Shown one piece after another: positions 1 through 8,823 of a stretch of DNA of 39,816 bases. Numbering within the stretch: position 1 is the first letter of the stretch; every line of letters begins with the position of its first letter. Made by a program: the position numbers and the translations under genes. The notes beneath the pieces were generated by a model. It was given only the letters and a program-made list of their open reading frames with translations, was not told the origin of the DNA and did not search any database. This stretch comes from a virus (lineage: Duplodnaviria; Heunggongvirae; Uroviricota; Caudoviricetes). The DNA lies in the IMG/VR virus record IMGVR_UViG_2541047807_000001, positions 1-39,816 of that record; one strand, written 5' to 3'.

Positions 1-461
1 GTTTTTGTCCTGCTCTCCCTCTCTTGGTTAAATGACTGGTTATATGACTGGTTCTGGATCCCGTTTTTGGGATCATTCAACATCCCGTTTTTGGGATCAT
101 TCAACATCCCGTTTTTGGGTATATTCCCGTTTTCGGTAACATTACCGTTTTCGGGTTCATTACCCCCTTCCCGGTCGCCTTTAATGTTCCCGTTTTTGGT
201 TATATTAAGAGAGAAAACCCGCACTCTTTTCGTCGCTCCCTTTCTCTCTCCGGTATCTGAAATAAGCCCCATTTTCATGAGCGATATAAGTCCGGCCTGC
301 ACGGTTTTTTTATTCAGGCAAGTGTCTTTAACGAGGCGTTCTATGCTGGGGTAGCAGAGGTTATATTCATCGGCTCTGTCAGCCATCGAGAGCAGTATGA
401 GCTTTAATGACGAGCTACCTGGATCTGTCTCCCAGGCCCAATCTGTTGCATGTCTGCTCAT
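1..461 (-). CDS. Replication initiator, lambda O-like, N-terminal part (continues as 39367..39816 across the circular junction)
   Basis: Minus-strand frame from ATG at 461..459 reads MSRHATDWAWETDPGSSSLKLILLSMADRADEYNLCYPSIERLVKDTCLNKKTVQAGLISLMKMGLIS, a winged-HTH typical of phage replisome organizers. It then runs through iteron-encoded PKNGMLND repeats and joins in frame with the ORF 39367..39804. Two stops (474-479) separate it from the upstream ORF. Confidence 0.75.
   Translation of the reverse strand, partial: MSRHATDWAWETDPGSSSLKLILLSMADRADEYNLCYPSIERLVKDTCLNKKTVQAGLISLMKMGLISDTGERKGATKRVRVFSLNITKNGNIKGDREGGNEPENGNVTENGNIPKNGMLNDPKNGMLNDPKNGIQNQSYNQSFNQERESRTK
60..205. repeat. Origin-like iterons (CCCGTTTT(T/C)GG core, about 6 copies, including an exact 24-bp tandem duplication) inside the O-like gene
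   Basis: cccgtttttgggatcattcaacat occurs twice in tandem (60-107), followed by further cccgttttcgg / ccgttttcggg / cccgtttttgg copies at 18-24 bp spacing. Location inside the initiator gene matches lambdoid ori architecture. Confidence 0.6.
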
Positions 462-476
462 GATTAATCTCCGCTA

Positions 477-713
477 TCAGCTTGAATGTTGTGGGGAGGA
501 ATTAATCATGATCTGCTTAATCTCTGCCCTGATACGACGGTTTGATTCCATGGTGCACTCAACACAGTGTCCGTTGTAAACCCAGCGTTCACTGTCATGT
601 CCGTGCTTACATGTTTTTCCGGTGTAGTAGCGTTTAAGTCCGCGCTTTGCGGCATCAATACGTGTAATGATTTCCATGGTAAGCCCTGTTATTAGTATTG
701 GGATTACGGTCAT
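477..713 (-). CDS. Small zinc-ribbon protein in the cII position (function unknown)
   Basis: ORF between the Cro-like and O-like genes. Contains C-x-H-G-H ... C-V-E-C (TCKHGHDSERWVYNGHCVEC). Start uncertain: ATG at 713 or 677, or TTG at 740. Confidence 0.4.
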   Translation of the reverse strand: MTVIPILITGLTMEIITRIDAAKRGLKRYYTGKTCKHGHDSERWVYNGHCVECTMESNRRIRAEIKQIMINSSPQHSS

Positions 714-827
714 TTTGTGCTGACACAAAAAAAAGATCAACCAGATTTGGTTTTTTATTACCTTTGAGGTGCGAATAGATATGAAAAGACCGCCGGGTGG
801 CGGTCTACAGAGGGTTGTAGCTGGATA

Positions 828-1058
828 TCATGAGTAGAAGAAGTATGCCAGTTCTGCTTTTGAGCGCAGCCATTGTCTTGTTTTACAGGCTTTAAAAAGC
901 CCATTCATCAATACTTTACCTGGCATTTTGCGCTTACCTGTTAAGTGAGTCTGGATATAGTGACTCGTCGTTCCGGCTTCCTGTGCGAAGGCTTCACGCT
1001 CATCCGGAGTAAGTGCAAGCCAGTGCTTTTTGAAATCGAAATGTCCGTTATCGCTCAT
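828..1058 (-). CDS. Cro-like HTH regulator
   Basis: 76 aa with HTH segment EAFAQEAGTTSHYIQTHLTGKR. Divergent from the repressor gene across an operator cluster and first gene of the rightward O/P operon. Confidence 0.6.
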   Translation of the reverse strand: MSDNGHFDFKKHWLALTPDEREAFAQEAGTTSHYIQTHLTGKRKMPGKVLMNGLFKACKTRQWLRSKAELAYFFYS

Positions 1059-1094
1059 AGCTATTGCCTGATATTTATTTCAGATAATAAATAT

Positions 1095-1157
1095 TCACCC
1101 ATAAGGTAACAAAAATCAAGGATAGTTACCTATGAGGTGCATTTACCTGTTGGGTAA
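1095..1157. promoter_or_regulatory. OR-like operator cluster (three TTACC-N5-GGTAA-type sites) between the Cro-like and repressor genes
   Basis: TCACCcataaGGTAA (1095-1109), TTACCtatgaGGTGC (1126-1140), TTACCtgttgGGTAA (1143-1157) in the divergent intergenic region. Confidence 0.6.
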
Positions 1158-1212
1158 TATTGCTTTAAATTGAATCATCTACTGATTCATATATGAGGCG
1201 ATTTTCCAGAAA

Positions 1213-1797
1213 ATGAAAAGTATCCAGGACGTCCGCAGGCAAAATCTCAACGACTTGATCGACCGTGAATTCAATGGTGTTCAGACGCGGATGGCAGAAA
1301 AACTTGGAACTCAGGCAAATCTGGTAAACCGCTGGGCTCTTGGCAAGAAGGTTATCGGCGACCAGGTTGCGCGAAAAATTGAAGCTGCCGCCAATAAACC
1401 CCGTAACTGGCTTGATATTGATCGTTCGCTTTCTCAGGAGGGTTTTCAGCCTGTCGGCCCGAGCGATATAGGTCAGCTGGCGGCTCACAACCTGGAACGC
1501 TGGATGAGCGAAAGCCGCGACCTTTCAACACAGGGAAAACTTCACCGCGCATCCGGCGTCGCCCAGGTGACAATCAGCCGTCTGTTAAACAATGAGGTCA
1601 GCGTTTCCATTTCCACCCTGGAGAATGTTGCATCCGCATTCGGGCGTCACGGATATGAATTACTGATTCACCCGCACGACCCCGCGACTATCAACTATGA
1701 CCGCTCGCGCTACGCATTGTTACCTGAAACAGAGAAGGCAAAGATCGAAAGTTACATTGAATTTGTCATCAACCAGAACGAAAAAAGCAAACAATAA
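1213..1797 (+). CDS. CI-like immunity repressor with tandem HTH domains and no S24 peptidase domain
   Basis: N-terminal XRE-type HTH (QTRMAEKLGTQANLVNRW) and a second HTH (ASGVAQVTISRLLNNEVSVSISTLENVASAFG). No Ser/Lys autocleavage domain recognisable. Divergent from the Cro-like gene. Confidence 0.65.
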   Translation: MKSIQDVRRQNLNDLIDREFNGVQTRMAEKLGTQANLVNRWALGKKVIGDQVARKIEAAANKPRNWLDIDRSLSQEGFQPVGPSDIGQLAAHNLERWMSESRDLSTQGKLHRASGVAQVTISRLLNNEVSVSISTLENVASAFGRHGYELLIHPHDPATINYDRSRYALLPETEKAKIESYIEFVINQNEKSKQ

Positions 1798-1817
1798 AAC
1801 TATAGTTTTCAGCAAGT

Positions 1818-1842
1818 AAGCCGCCTTCTGGCGGCTTTTTTA
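1818..1842 (+). terminator. Rho-independent terminator after the repressor gene
   Basis: aagccgcc-ttct-ggcggctt hairpin followed by a T-run. Confidence 0.6.
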
Positions 1843-1854
1843 TTGCCAGACAGA

Positions 1855-1930
1855 TTACCTTATGGGTAATTTTTTTAACTCATATCTATTGACATCAAAC
1901 CAGATACGCATAATTATTACCTCAACGGTA
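1855..1930. promoter_or_regulatory. OL-like operator pair upstream of the plus-strand early operon
   Basis: TTACCttatgGGTAA (1855-1869) and TTACCtcaacGGTAA (1916-1930), followed by RBS gaggtg and the first early ORF. Confidence 0.55.
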
Positions 1931-1949
1931 ACAGACCGAGGTGACAAGT

Positions 1950-2102
1950 TATGCAGTGGAAAATCATCAACGGTTGGTACTGCGTTACTGCATGCGGATT
2001 CATGAGCTGGAAGTTCCGCACCTTACAGGAAGGCATTAAGTGGGCTTTCGTCAGCAAAGAAGCTCGCGATGTAGCCAACGATAACGAGATATGGGAGGGC
2101 TG
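1950..2102 (+). CDS. Small hypothetical protein, first gene of the early-left operon
   Basis: 50-codon ORF (MQWKIINGWYCVTACGF...) directly downstream of the operators with an RBS-like gaggtg. Below the ORF-track size cutoff. Confidence 0.3.
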
Positions 2103-2105
2103 ATA

Positions 2106-2405
2106 ATGAACGTTAATCAGCAGAAAAATCTTCAAAAAATCATGCTGGCATTCGACAAGGACTACCGCCTGTCAGAACAGCTATATGACCGACAAGTTGA
2201 ACTGATTGAGAGTATCCGGCTTCATCAACTGGCATCAACTTTCGACGCTGTAACAGTTAAAGGCGTTCGCCAGGAAGTACTGGAGGCCGCTAAAGACAGT
2301 CCAGAGTTCGAAGAACTGATGGATTCCTACCGGCGCGAGGCAATGGCAATTATCGCCCGCTGGGATCTGGCTGATCAGCTTGATGGGCAGAGGGACGCGG
2401 CATGA
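2106..2405 (+). CDS. Hypothetical protein
   Basis: ORF with RBS gggaggg 8 nt before ATG 2106; translationally coupled to the next gene. Confidence 0.5.
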   Translation: MNVNQQKNLQKIMLAFDKDYRLSEQLYDRQVELIESIRLHQLASTFDAVTVKGVRQEVLEAAKDSPEFEELMDSYRREAMAIIARWDLADQLDGQRDAA

Positions 2406-2608
2406 AACCAACACTCCTCTCATTGCTGCGAGGTGGAAAACACAGCATCCGAGATATGGCAAAGATTCTTGGTATCTCAAGATCGAAGGTTTCTTGGTTC
2501 ATCGCTGAGCTTGAACGTCGCAAATGGGTAGAGGTAACCAGGAGCGCAATATATTTCCACGATGGAACCAGATCCAACAAGCAGAACGAATACAAGGTTA
2601 AGTTATGA
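2402..2608 (+). CDS. Small HTH DNA-binding protein
   Basis: HTH-like segment IRDMAKILGISRSKVSWFIAELERRKW; start overlaps the stop of the upstream gene. Confidence 0.5.
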   Translation: MKPTLLSLLRGGKHSIRDMAKILGISRSKVSWFIAELERRKWVEVTRSAIYFHDGTRSNKQNEYKVKL

Positions 2609-3426
2609 ATACTGGCATCTATTTCGACATCAGCAATGAGGACTACCACGCCGGTGACGGCGTGAGTAAGTCGCAACTAGACATGGTTGCCAAGAATCCG
2701 GCGCTTCTTAAATGGGTTCAGGCAGCACCAGAAGACGAAGAGAAAAAGTCTGCACTGGATATGGGAACCGCATTGCACTGTCTGCTTCTGGAGCCTGGAG
2801 AATTCAACAAACGCTTCATTGTTTCACCGAAATTCGATCGTCGGACGAAACAAGGTAAAGCTGACGAAGAAGCATTTCTTCGTGATGTAGCGGATATGGG
2901 GATTACGGTACTTGATGCCGAGCAGTGGCGGAAACTGGAGCTGATGCGTGATAGCGCAATGGCTCACCCGGCGGCACGCTGGATGCTGGAAGCACCTGGT
3001 TACTGCGAAGCATCAATGTACTGGAATGATGAAGAGACTGGTGAGTTGTGCCGCATTCGTCCAGACAAATGGCTGAACGAGCACAACGTGATCGTCGACG
3101 TGAAAAAGGTTGCAGATATGGACCGTTTTGCACGCCACATCGAGGAATTCCGCTACCACGTGCAGGACGCAATGTACCGCGAAGGAGCGATGAGGGTTAC
3201 TGGTCAGTCGCATGGTTTTTTCTTTCTTGCCGTGAGCGAAAGCATTGATTGTGGTCGGTATCCGGTACGCGTGTTCGAGCTGGATGCGCCGGATGTCGAT
3301 GCCGGGCACGCCCTGTTCCGCCGGGATCTGAATACCTATCACGAATGCCGCATCAATGATGAATGGGGCGGCGTGGAAATTATTAAACGCCCTGACTGGG
3401 CACGTAAACAGGATATGTACGTATGA
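2605..3426 (+). CDS. PD-(D/E)XK exonuclease (YqaJ / lambda Exo-like recombination exonuclease)
   Basis: RPD...VIVDVKK motif (PD-x12-DVK), size about 270 aa, immediately upstream of and coupled to a RecT-like gene. Confidence 0.6.
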   Translation: MNTGIYFDISNEDYHAGDGVSKSQLDMVAKNPALLKWVQAAPEDEEKKSALDMGTALHCLLLEPGEFNKRFIVSPKFDRRTKQGKADEEAFLRDVADMGITVLDAEQWRKLELMRDSAMAHPAARWMLEAPGYCEASMYWNDEETGELCRIRPDKWLNEHNVIVDVKKVADMDRFARHIEEFRYHVQDAMYREGAMRVTGQSHGFFFLAVSESIDCGRYPVRVFELDAPDVDAGHALFRRDLNTYHECRINDEWGGVEIIKRPDWARKQDMYV

Positions 3427-4304
3427 GCAATGATATCGCAATCACATCACAACCAGGCGCAACTGTAGGTACTGCTGCGGCAATCTTCAGCCCGGAGGGC
3501 ATGAATCAACTGGTGCGTTTCGCGGAGTTGATGTCACAAAGCAAAGCGACTGTACCGAAACATCTTGAAGGCAAACCTGCCGATTGTCTGGCGGTGACCA
3601 TGCAGGCGGCACAGTGGGGAATGAACCCTTTCGCCGTGGCGCAGAAAACGCATATGGTAAACGGAACGTTAGGCTACGAAGCACAGTTGGTAAACGCGGT
3701 CGTATCCTCTTCCAGCCTGCTAGCGACACGCCTGAATTATCGCTGGAGCGGTGACTGGTCGAATGTTAACGGCAAAACAGATAAATCACCGAATCTGACG
3801 GTAACTGTGTCAGCAGTTCTTAAAGGAGAAGCAGAACCCCGTGAGCTTACCATCAGTATGGCGCAAGCCGGAGTGCGTAACTCTCCATTGTGGGAACAGG
3901 ATCCGCGCCAGCAGCTTGCCTATCTTTGCACGAAACGATGGGCTCGCCTGCACGCTCCTGATGTACTTCTCGGTGTTTACACCCCTGACGAATTACAGGA
4001 AACGGCACCGCGCGTTGAGCGAGACATTACTCCGCAAACGACTACTGCTGCGGGAATGAACAGTCTGATCAACGCTAAACCAGTGAAAAAGCCTGATGAG
4101 CAAACGCGTAAAGCGGATAGCCGTGATCCAGAAGAAATGCTGATGGCCTTTACCAGCGCAGCGATGAATTACAGCACTGTCTCCGAACTGGATAAGGCTT
4201 ACAAATACATTGCACAAAAACTTTCAGATGATGACGAACTGCTGGCAAAAGCCACCGACGTTTACAGCGTTCGTCGGGAAGAATTAAACGAAACATCTAT
4301 GTAA
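3423..4304 (+). CDS. RecT-family single-strand annealing protein
   Basis: Conserved RecT-like core (PADCLAVTMQAAQWGMNPF ... NGTLGYEAQLVNAVV); paired with the upstream exonuclease. Confidence 0.7.
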   Translation: MSNDIAITSQPGATVGTAAAIFSPEGMNQLVRFAELMSQSKATVPKHLEGKPADCLAVTMQAAQWGMNPFAVAQKTHMVNGTLGYEAQLVNAVVSSSSLLATRLNYRWSGDWSNVNGKTDKSPNLTVTVSAVLKGEAEPRELTISMAQAGVRNSPLWEQDPRQQLAYLCTKRWARLHAPDVLLGVYTPDELQETAPRVERDITPQTTTAAGMNSLINAKPVKKPDEQTRKADSRDPEEMLMAFTSAAMNYSTVSELDKAYKYIAQKLSDDDELLAKATDVYSVRREELNETSM

Positions 4305-4353
4305 CCACCACCGCGGCGCCACGCGCGCCGCACTGCAACCAAGAGAGGTATTT

Positions 4354-4602
4354 ATGAAAGGTGCATTAGGTAAGAAGGAACTCCTGGCGGTGGTGCCACT
4401 GTCATGGAGCACTATCGACCGTATGGAGCGCGCAGGGGAATTTCCTAAACGCTGGTATATCACTGACAAACGCTGCGCATGGAACCGTGACGAAGTTGAG
4501 CGTTGGCTTGATGAACGTCAGGCAGCAAGCCCGGCAGAGTTCCAGGGTAAAAAGCCTCCTGTTCAGCAACGTGTATATCGTCCTGTGAGCAACGCTGCAT
4601 GA
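4354..4602 (+). CDS. AlpA-family excisionase / transcriptional regulator
   Basis: ELLAVVPLSWSTIDRMERAGEFPKRWYITDKRCAWNRDEVERWL matches the AlpA/Xis HTH pattern. Confidence 0.65.
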   Translation: MKGALGKKELLAVVPLSWSTIDRMERAGEFPKRWYITDKRCAWNRDEVERWLDERQAASPAEFQGKKPPVQQRVYRPVSNAA

Positions 4603-4711
4603 GTGCGCTGCTAAGGCACTGGAGCAAATGGTCAGGATGGTACTTATTCCTGGCCTCTGTTTCAGCATGGCTTTATCTGCTGGCATTAATTTTCAGAGAG
4701 GGTTGGATTAA

Positions 4712-5011
4712 GTGAGAAAGTTAAGCCGACTTGAAAAATATCACATGAACAAGGTTTCAATGCGCCGTCCTTCAAAGGTTATCGCCGTTACTCCTGCGGC
4801 GATAGAGTTCGAAAAACGCGCGATTGAAAGAGAGAAAAAAGGGCAGTTCCGCATTGCCGCTCACCTTTGGCTTCAGTGTATGGATGTTGCTTCTGGTGAT
4901 GTTGAACGTGCAAGGATCGCGGTTCGCAGGGACCAATGTATCACAAAAGGTAACGGCCTTCGCCGTGGCGACTATAGCGGCATAGGATGTTGTGGGGTGG
5001 TTTATGACTAA
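4712..5011 (+). CDS. Hypothetical protein (start uncertain)
   Basis: ORF only; GTG at 4712 or ATG at 4745. Confidence 0.3.
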   Translation: MRKLSRLEKYHMNKVSMRRPSKVIAVTPAAIEFEKRAIEREKKGQFRIAAHLWLQCMDVASGDVERARIAVRRDQCITKGNGLRRGDYSGIGCCGVVYD

Positions 5012-5654
5012 GAAATACACACTAATCTATGCAGATTCACCCTGGGTATACCGGGACAAAGCCGCAGATGGTAATCGCGGTGTCGGTTTTAAATATCCGG
5101 TTATGAGTGTGCTGGATATCTGCCGCCTTCCTGTGTGGGATTTGGCCGATGAAAACTGTCTGTTGGCCATATGGTGGGTGCCAACACAACCACTCGAAGC
5201 ACTAAAAGTTGTTGAAGCCTGGGGATTCCGTCTGATGACCATGAAGGGCTTCACGTGGATAAAATGTGGTAGTCGACAACCAGATAAACTGGTTATGGGT
5301 ATGGGACACATGACTCGCGCCAATAGTGAAGATTGCCTGTTTGCGGTAAAGGGAAAACTACCTCCGCGCATTAATGCAGGTATCGTTCAGTCATTTACCG
5401 CACCGCGGCTTGAGCATTCAAGAAAACCAGATGTCGTTCGTGAAAAACTTGTGCAATTGTTAGGCGATGTTTCTCGCATTGAACTGTTCGCCCGCCAGTC
5501 GTCTCATGGCTTCGATGTTTGGGGTAATCAGTGCGAAGACCCGGCAGTGCAACTACACCCTGGATACGCGTTGGATATTGGCGGATTAACAAATGCATTC
5601 AGCAATGCTCCGCTGTCACTAACAGACAACCAGGGGCGGGAGCGTGCTGCATGA
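5004..5654 (+). CDS. Phage Dam-like / MT-A70 family DNA N6-adenine methyltransferase
   Basis: IYADSPW (DPPW-like catalytic motif) near the N-terminus and conserved C-terminal IELFARQSSHGFDVWGNQ. RBS ggggtgg before ATG 5004. Confidence 0.7.
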   Translation: MTKKYTLIYADSPWVYRDKAADGNRGVGFKYPVMSVLDICRLPVWDLADENCLLAIWWVPTQPLEALKVVEAWGFRLMTMKGFTWIKCGSRQPDKLVMGMGHMTRANSEDCLFAVKGKLPPRINAGIVQSFTAPRLEHSRKPDVVREKLVQLLGDVSRIELFARQSSHGFDVWGNQCEDPAVQLHPGYALDIGGLTNAFSNAPLSLTDNQGRERAA

Positions 5655-5845
5655 ACAGGGCATCACCAGCAGATTTAAGAAAATGCCTTGAAACTGCAAA
5701 CATGCTTGCACACAGCGGGATCAGGTTTGTTCCAATTCCCGCTGTCACTGATGCTGAATTTGCAACACTGTCAGCAATATTCGAAAACAAAATTGAATCA
5801 CTGGCAGCAGAAGCAGAGATGGAAGAAAATCAGCAGAACTATTAA
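5651..5845 (+). CDS. Small hypothetical protein
   Basis: 64-codon ORF, start coupled to the methyltransferase stop; convergent with the integrase. Confidence 0.4.
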   Translation: MNRASPADLRKCLETANMLAHSGIRFVPIPAVTDAEFATLSAIFENKIESLAAEAEMEENQQNY

Positions 5846-5848
5846 ACG

Positions 5849-7099
5849 TTATTCCCCCGCCATCCACTTCTCAAACTTCGACGGGGAGAACGGAATCAGA
5901 TCCGTATGCTCCCCGTTAATCCAGGAATCAATCATATCGGCCCACTGCTGCAACATGTAGGCGCGCTGTCTGGCGTATTCCGCTTTGTTATATACGGCGC
6001 GCACACCTTTCTGCTCATGTGCCAGAGCCTTTTCAATCCAGTCTGAAGGATAACCAGCCTCATGCAACAACGTACTGGCTGTACGGCGCATATCGTGTAC
6101 GGTGAAGCCCTGAATATGCTCACCATCTTCATTTATTATTTTCACCGTTCTGTCGATCAGAGAGTTCAGCGCGGCATTAGATAATGGCTTCCGGAAATTG
6201 TAACGACCAGGAACCAGATATTCACTTCCACCAGCGCACATCTGCAACCCAACCAATATATCCTGTGCCTGTTTAGGCAGGTAAATAACGTGCGCCCGGC
6301 TTCCCTTCATGCGGTCTGAAGGAATTGTCCATGTCCATTTTTTAAAATCTATTTCATCCCACGTTGCATTGGTGAATTCGCCTTTACGAACCATAGTGAT
6401 AAGCACCAGCTTTAAAGCCATTTTCATAGTGCCCATAGCACCAATGGCATCCAGCGTGCGGAAGAACAGGCCAATTTCTTCTGGTGTCAGTGTTCGCTCT
6501 CGTGGTTTAAATATGGCGATAGACGAAGGTTTAATGTCAGCCGCAGGATTAAACAAACCATGACCACGGTCATTGGCGTGACGGTATACGCTGCTGATGA
6601 TCTCCCTGGCCTGTACTGCTGTTGCCCGACCACCGCGTTCGACAATCCGGTCACACAAATCACGAACCATCGATGTGGTAATTTCAGCCATCATTTTGTT
6701 GCCAAGAACCGGAAGTATGTCACGGTCGATCACCGCCTGCTTCATTGCGCGGGTACTGTCAGCCAGGATGACGTGTTTCATATAACTGTCGGTATGTACC
6801 GCAAACGTCTCGGCACCACGAATCTTTTTGATACCGTCACGTTTAGCCGCAGCCGGCGACTGGCCTGCTTTAAGCAGCTTCTTTGCAGCAATCAGTTCTT
6901 CTCGCGCTTCTGCCAGGCTGATACCGTCACGCCCATACTGCCCGATTACCAGTGTTTCGCGGCGACCGTTGATACGGTAGTCATAGCGAAACGAGACCGT
7001 GCCTGACGTAAGCACAGCTACATACAGCCCGTCACGATCGGAGACCTTGTACAGTTTGTCCTGCGGCTTGAGGTTTTTTAATTTTGTATCGGTAAGCAC
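5849..7099 (-). CDS. Tyrosine recombinase, phage integrase (P4-type with N-terminal arm-binding domain)
   Basis: 416 aa. N-terminal LTDTKLKNLKPQDKLYKVSDRDGLYVAV (arm-binding type) and C-terminal catalytic region with HDMRRTASTLL and a conserved Tyr. Confidence 0.85.
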   Translation of the reverse strand: MLTDTKLKNLKPQDKLYKVSDRDGLYVAVLTSGTVSFRYDYRINGRRETLVIGQYGRDGISLAEAREELIAAKKLLKAGQSPAAAKRDGIKKIRGAETFAVHTDSYMKHVILADSTRAMKQAVIDRDILPVLGNKMMAEITTSMVRDLCDRIVERGGRATAVQAREIISSVYRHANDRGHGLFNPAADIKPSSIAIFKPRERTLTPEEIGLFFRTLDAIGAMGTMKMALKLVLITMVRKGEFTNATWDEIDFKKWTWTIPSDRMKGSRAHVIYLPKQAQDILVGLQMCAGGSEYLVPGRYNFRKPLSNAALNSLIDRTVKIINEDGEHIQGFTVHDMRRTASTLLHEAGYPSDWIEKALAHEQKGVRAVYNKAEYARQRAYMLQQWADMIDSWINGEHTDLIPFSPSKFEKWMAGE

Positions 7100-7130
7100 A
7101 ATTCACCCGTATAGAAACCATTTTCATGAC

Positions 7131-7160
7131 GGTATGAGAGTATACCTTTAAGGTAATACC
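7131..7160. promoter_or_regulatory. Operator-like palindrome cluster upstream of the integrase
   Basis: GGTATgagagtATACCtttaaGGTAATACC: overlapping inverted repeats containing a TACC-N5-GGTAA site (7143-7156). Confidence 0.45.
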
Positions 7161-7210
7161 GTCACCTGTACCGCCGAAAAATATGGTGTAGAGTGAATAG
7201 AAATGAATAC

Positions 7211-7243
7211 ATAAAAACAAAAACCCTCTGCAAAAACAGAGGG
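7211..7243 (-). terminator. Terminator of the lysis operon (minus strand)
   Basis: ccctctg-caaaaa-cagaggg hairpin with an A-run on the plus-strand 5' side (U-run for the minus transcript), downstream of Rz. Confidence 0.5.
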
Positions 7244-7416
7244 TTGAGTTGGCATCTGAATAGGAATGATTTGCTATGAGTTAGCTGTTAATCATTCCCA
7301 CTCAATTATTTACGACATGCATAACCAATTGACTGATAACAACTTTCTGCAACCTGATTTTCACCGTACCGTTTTATATACCGTCACCGGAAATCAGTAC
7401 CATGAAAAATGCCATG

Positions 7417-7899
7417 CTATCTGGTCAGGGTGTCGTACTGTTTTTCACAGACTCTTCCGGCTTCGGCTGCCCGGTCAGCATACTCTGCCAGTTGTCTGTT
7501 TCTCTCGAGAGATTTGCTGAGCACGTTGGCAAGCAAAACTCCGGTGTCTGCGGCTGACGTCCCAGCGCCGATAATGGCGTTATACTGCCTGAGCTGCTCA
7601 CGGATGGCAACGAGCTGTTGCTGCAACCGGCCAGCGCGAGCGGCAGCATCAAGAGCATCATTGCGCGCCTGGTCGATCCTCTGCTGCGCTTTGCGTTCAT
7701 TGATCGCTTTCTCCTGTTCGTAGTGCTGACGAACTTTCTCATCTTCGGCTTTTCGCTCTTCCTTCGCCTGCGCATACCCGGCGTCGTACTGACGACTGCC
7801 GTGTGCATTCCAGGCTACAACTCCTGATATGACCAGAACAGCAAGCATCGCCATGATAACCAACTGTTTCCAGTATGCTTTTGCGAATGCCCAGATCAT
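7417..7899 (-). CDS. Rz-like i-spanin
   Basis: N-terminal TM helix ([18 protein letters not shown]) followed by a charged coiled-coil region; last gene of the lysis cassette. Confidence 0.6.
   Translation of the reverse strand: MIWAFAKAYWKQLVIMAMLAVLVISGVVAWNAHGSRQYDAGYAQAKEERKAEDEKVRQHYEQEKAINERKAQQRIDQARNDALDAAARAGRLQQQLVAIREQLRQYNAIIGAGTSAADTGVLLANVLSKSLERNRQLAEYADRAAEAGRVCEKQYDTLTR
7425..7661 (-). CDS. Rz1-like o-spanin (lipoprotein) embedded in the +1 frame of Rz
   Basis: Alternate-frame ORF reads [13 protein letters not shown] with lipobox LAGC, followed by a Pro/Ser-rich sequence, entirely inside the Rz gene. Confidence 0.5.
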   Translation of the reverse strand: MMLLMLPLALAGCSNSSLPSVSSSGSITPLSALGRQPQTPEFCLPTCSANLSRETDNWQSMLTGQPKPEESVKNSTTP

Positions 7900-8525
7900 A
7901 CCGCCAGCACCTTACTGGCAGTGATGTATCGCGCGCGCCGGTCATCAATGCCGTTCCGGCCACCATTGATAAGCAGAGTTACACGTGCAATATCTCCGGT
8001 ATACTTCATGCAGCCTTTGCTGGAGAAGAACCAGGCCGCGCTACGAGCCGCGTATTCGTCCTGTGCCAGCAGTTCAGGATTCTCCAGCAGGTCAACTTTC
8101 AGACCGTTTCCGCAGTCACGATAGTTATTCAAACCGGTAATCTGGATAAGCCCGCGCCCACGGTAATTCCAGCCATCGCCGGGAGCATTGTTACCCATGC
8201 GTTTGCTGTATACCAGATTTGCAATCGCGCGCTGGCGCTCAAGTGGCAATGGTGGTTCACCAACGCGGCGCCCCAGTGCATTAGCCTGTCCCTGGGTGAG
8301 GCGTCCAGTCCGGACAAAGCTTGCCAGTCCGGTAACGCTGTAGTTGAAATTCTCCTGCAACCTGGTGAACCCCCCAGACTCATGCCCAACTTGAGCAATA
8401 AACATTGCCTGATCTTCTGCTTTGCTGATACCAAACTCTTTCATCGCAGAAGTTATATGCGAGAACCAGCGAGCGGCCAGCGCCTCGCTAATACCAGCAG
8501 CTCGCTGGAATTGTTTAATCTCCAT
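7896..8525 (-). CDS. Endolysin, glycoside hydrolase family 19 (chitinase-like lysozyme)
   Basis: [12 protein letters not shown] ... [23 protein letters not shown] are GH19-type endolysin signatures. Confidence 0.75.
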   Translation of the reverse strand: MEIKQFQRAAGISEALAARWFSHITSAMKEFGISKAEDQAMFIAQVGHESGGFTRLQENFNYSVTGLASFVRTGRLTQGQANALGRRVGEPPLPLERQRAIANLVYSKRMGNNAPGDGWNYRGRGLIQITGLNNYRDCGNGLKVDLLENPELLAQDEYAARSAAWFFSSKGCMKYTGDIARVTLLINGGRNGIDDRRARYITASKVLAV

Positions 8526-8823
8526 GTTTAGACCTCGTTATTTTGAAAATCTGAACGACGTTACCGCGCGTTTTAATAACCGCAGCAAGCATGACAGCGT
8601 TGATAATGACTTCAGATAAATCCACAGCCATTGGCGTGCGTAACCAGATTGCATAGACGACACGAACTGGAATACTGGCTGCAGCAACAATCAGGAAATA
8701 AGCAAGCCACCCCCCCCATCTTCGGTGTTGTGAACCGTTACGCCGGAAAGTGACAACGCGAATTGCTATGCCAGTACAAATAACTGCATTGGTGATAAGC
8801 AAAAAAAACTCATGCGTTACCAT
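8515..8823 (-). CDS. Holin-like small membrane protein
   Basis: 102 aa with hydrophobic segments, directly upstream of the endolysin. Confidence 0.45.
   Translation of the reverse strand: MVTHEFFLLITNAVICTGIAIRVVTFRRNGSQHRRWGGWLAYFLIVAAASIPVRVVYAIWLRTPMAVDLSEVIINAVMLAAVIKTRGNVVQIFKITRSKHGD

Noticed and set aside
60-205. Possible CRISPR-like repeat array
   Set aside because: The repeats are tightly spaced iterons without unique spacers, lie inside an open reading frame for a replication initiator, and no cas genes are present.
67-354. Plus-strand ORF (MGSFNIPFLGSFNIPFLG...)
   Set aside because: It is the antisense translation of the iteron repeats inside the O-like gene; repetitive low-complexity product, no RBS.
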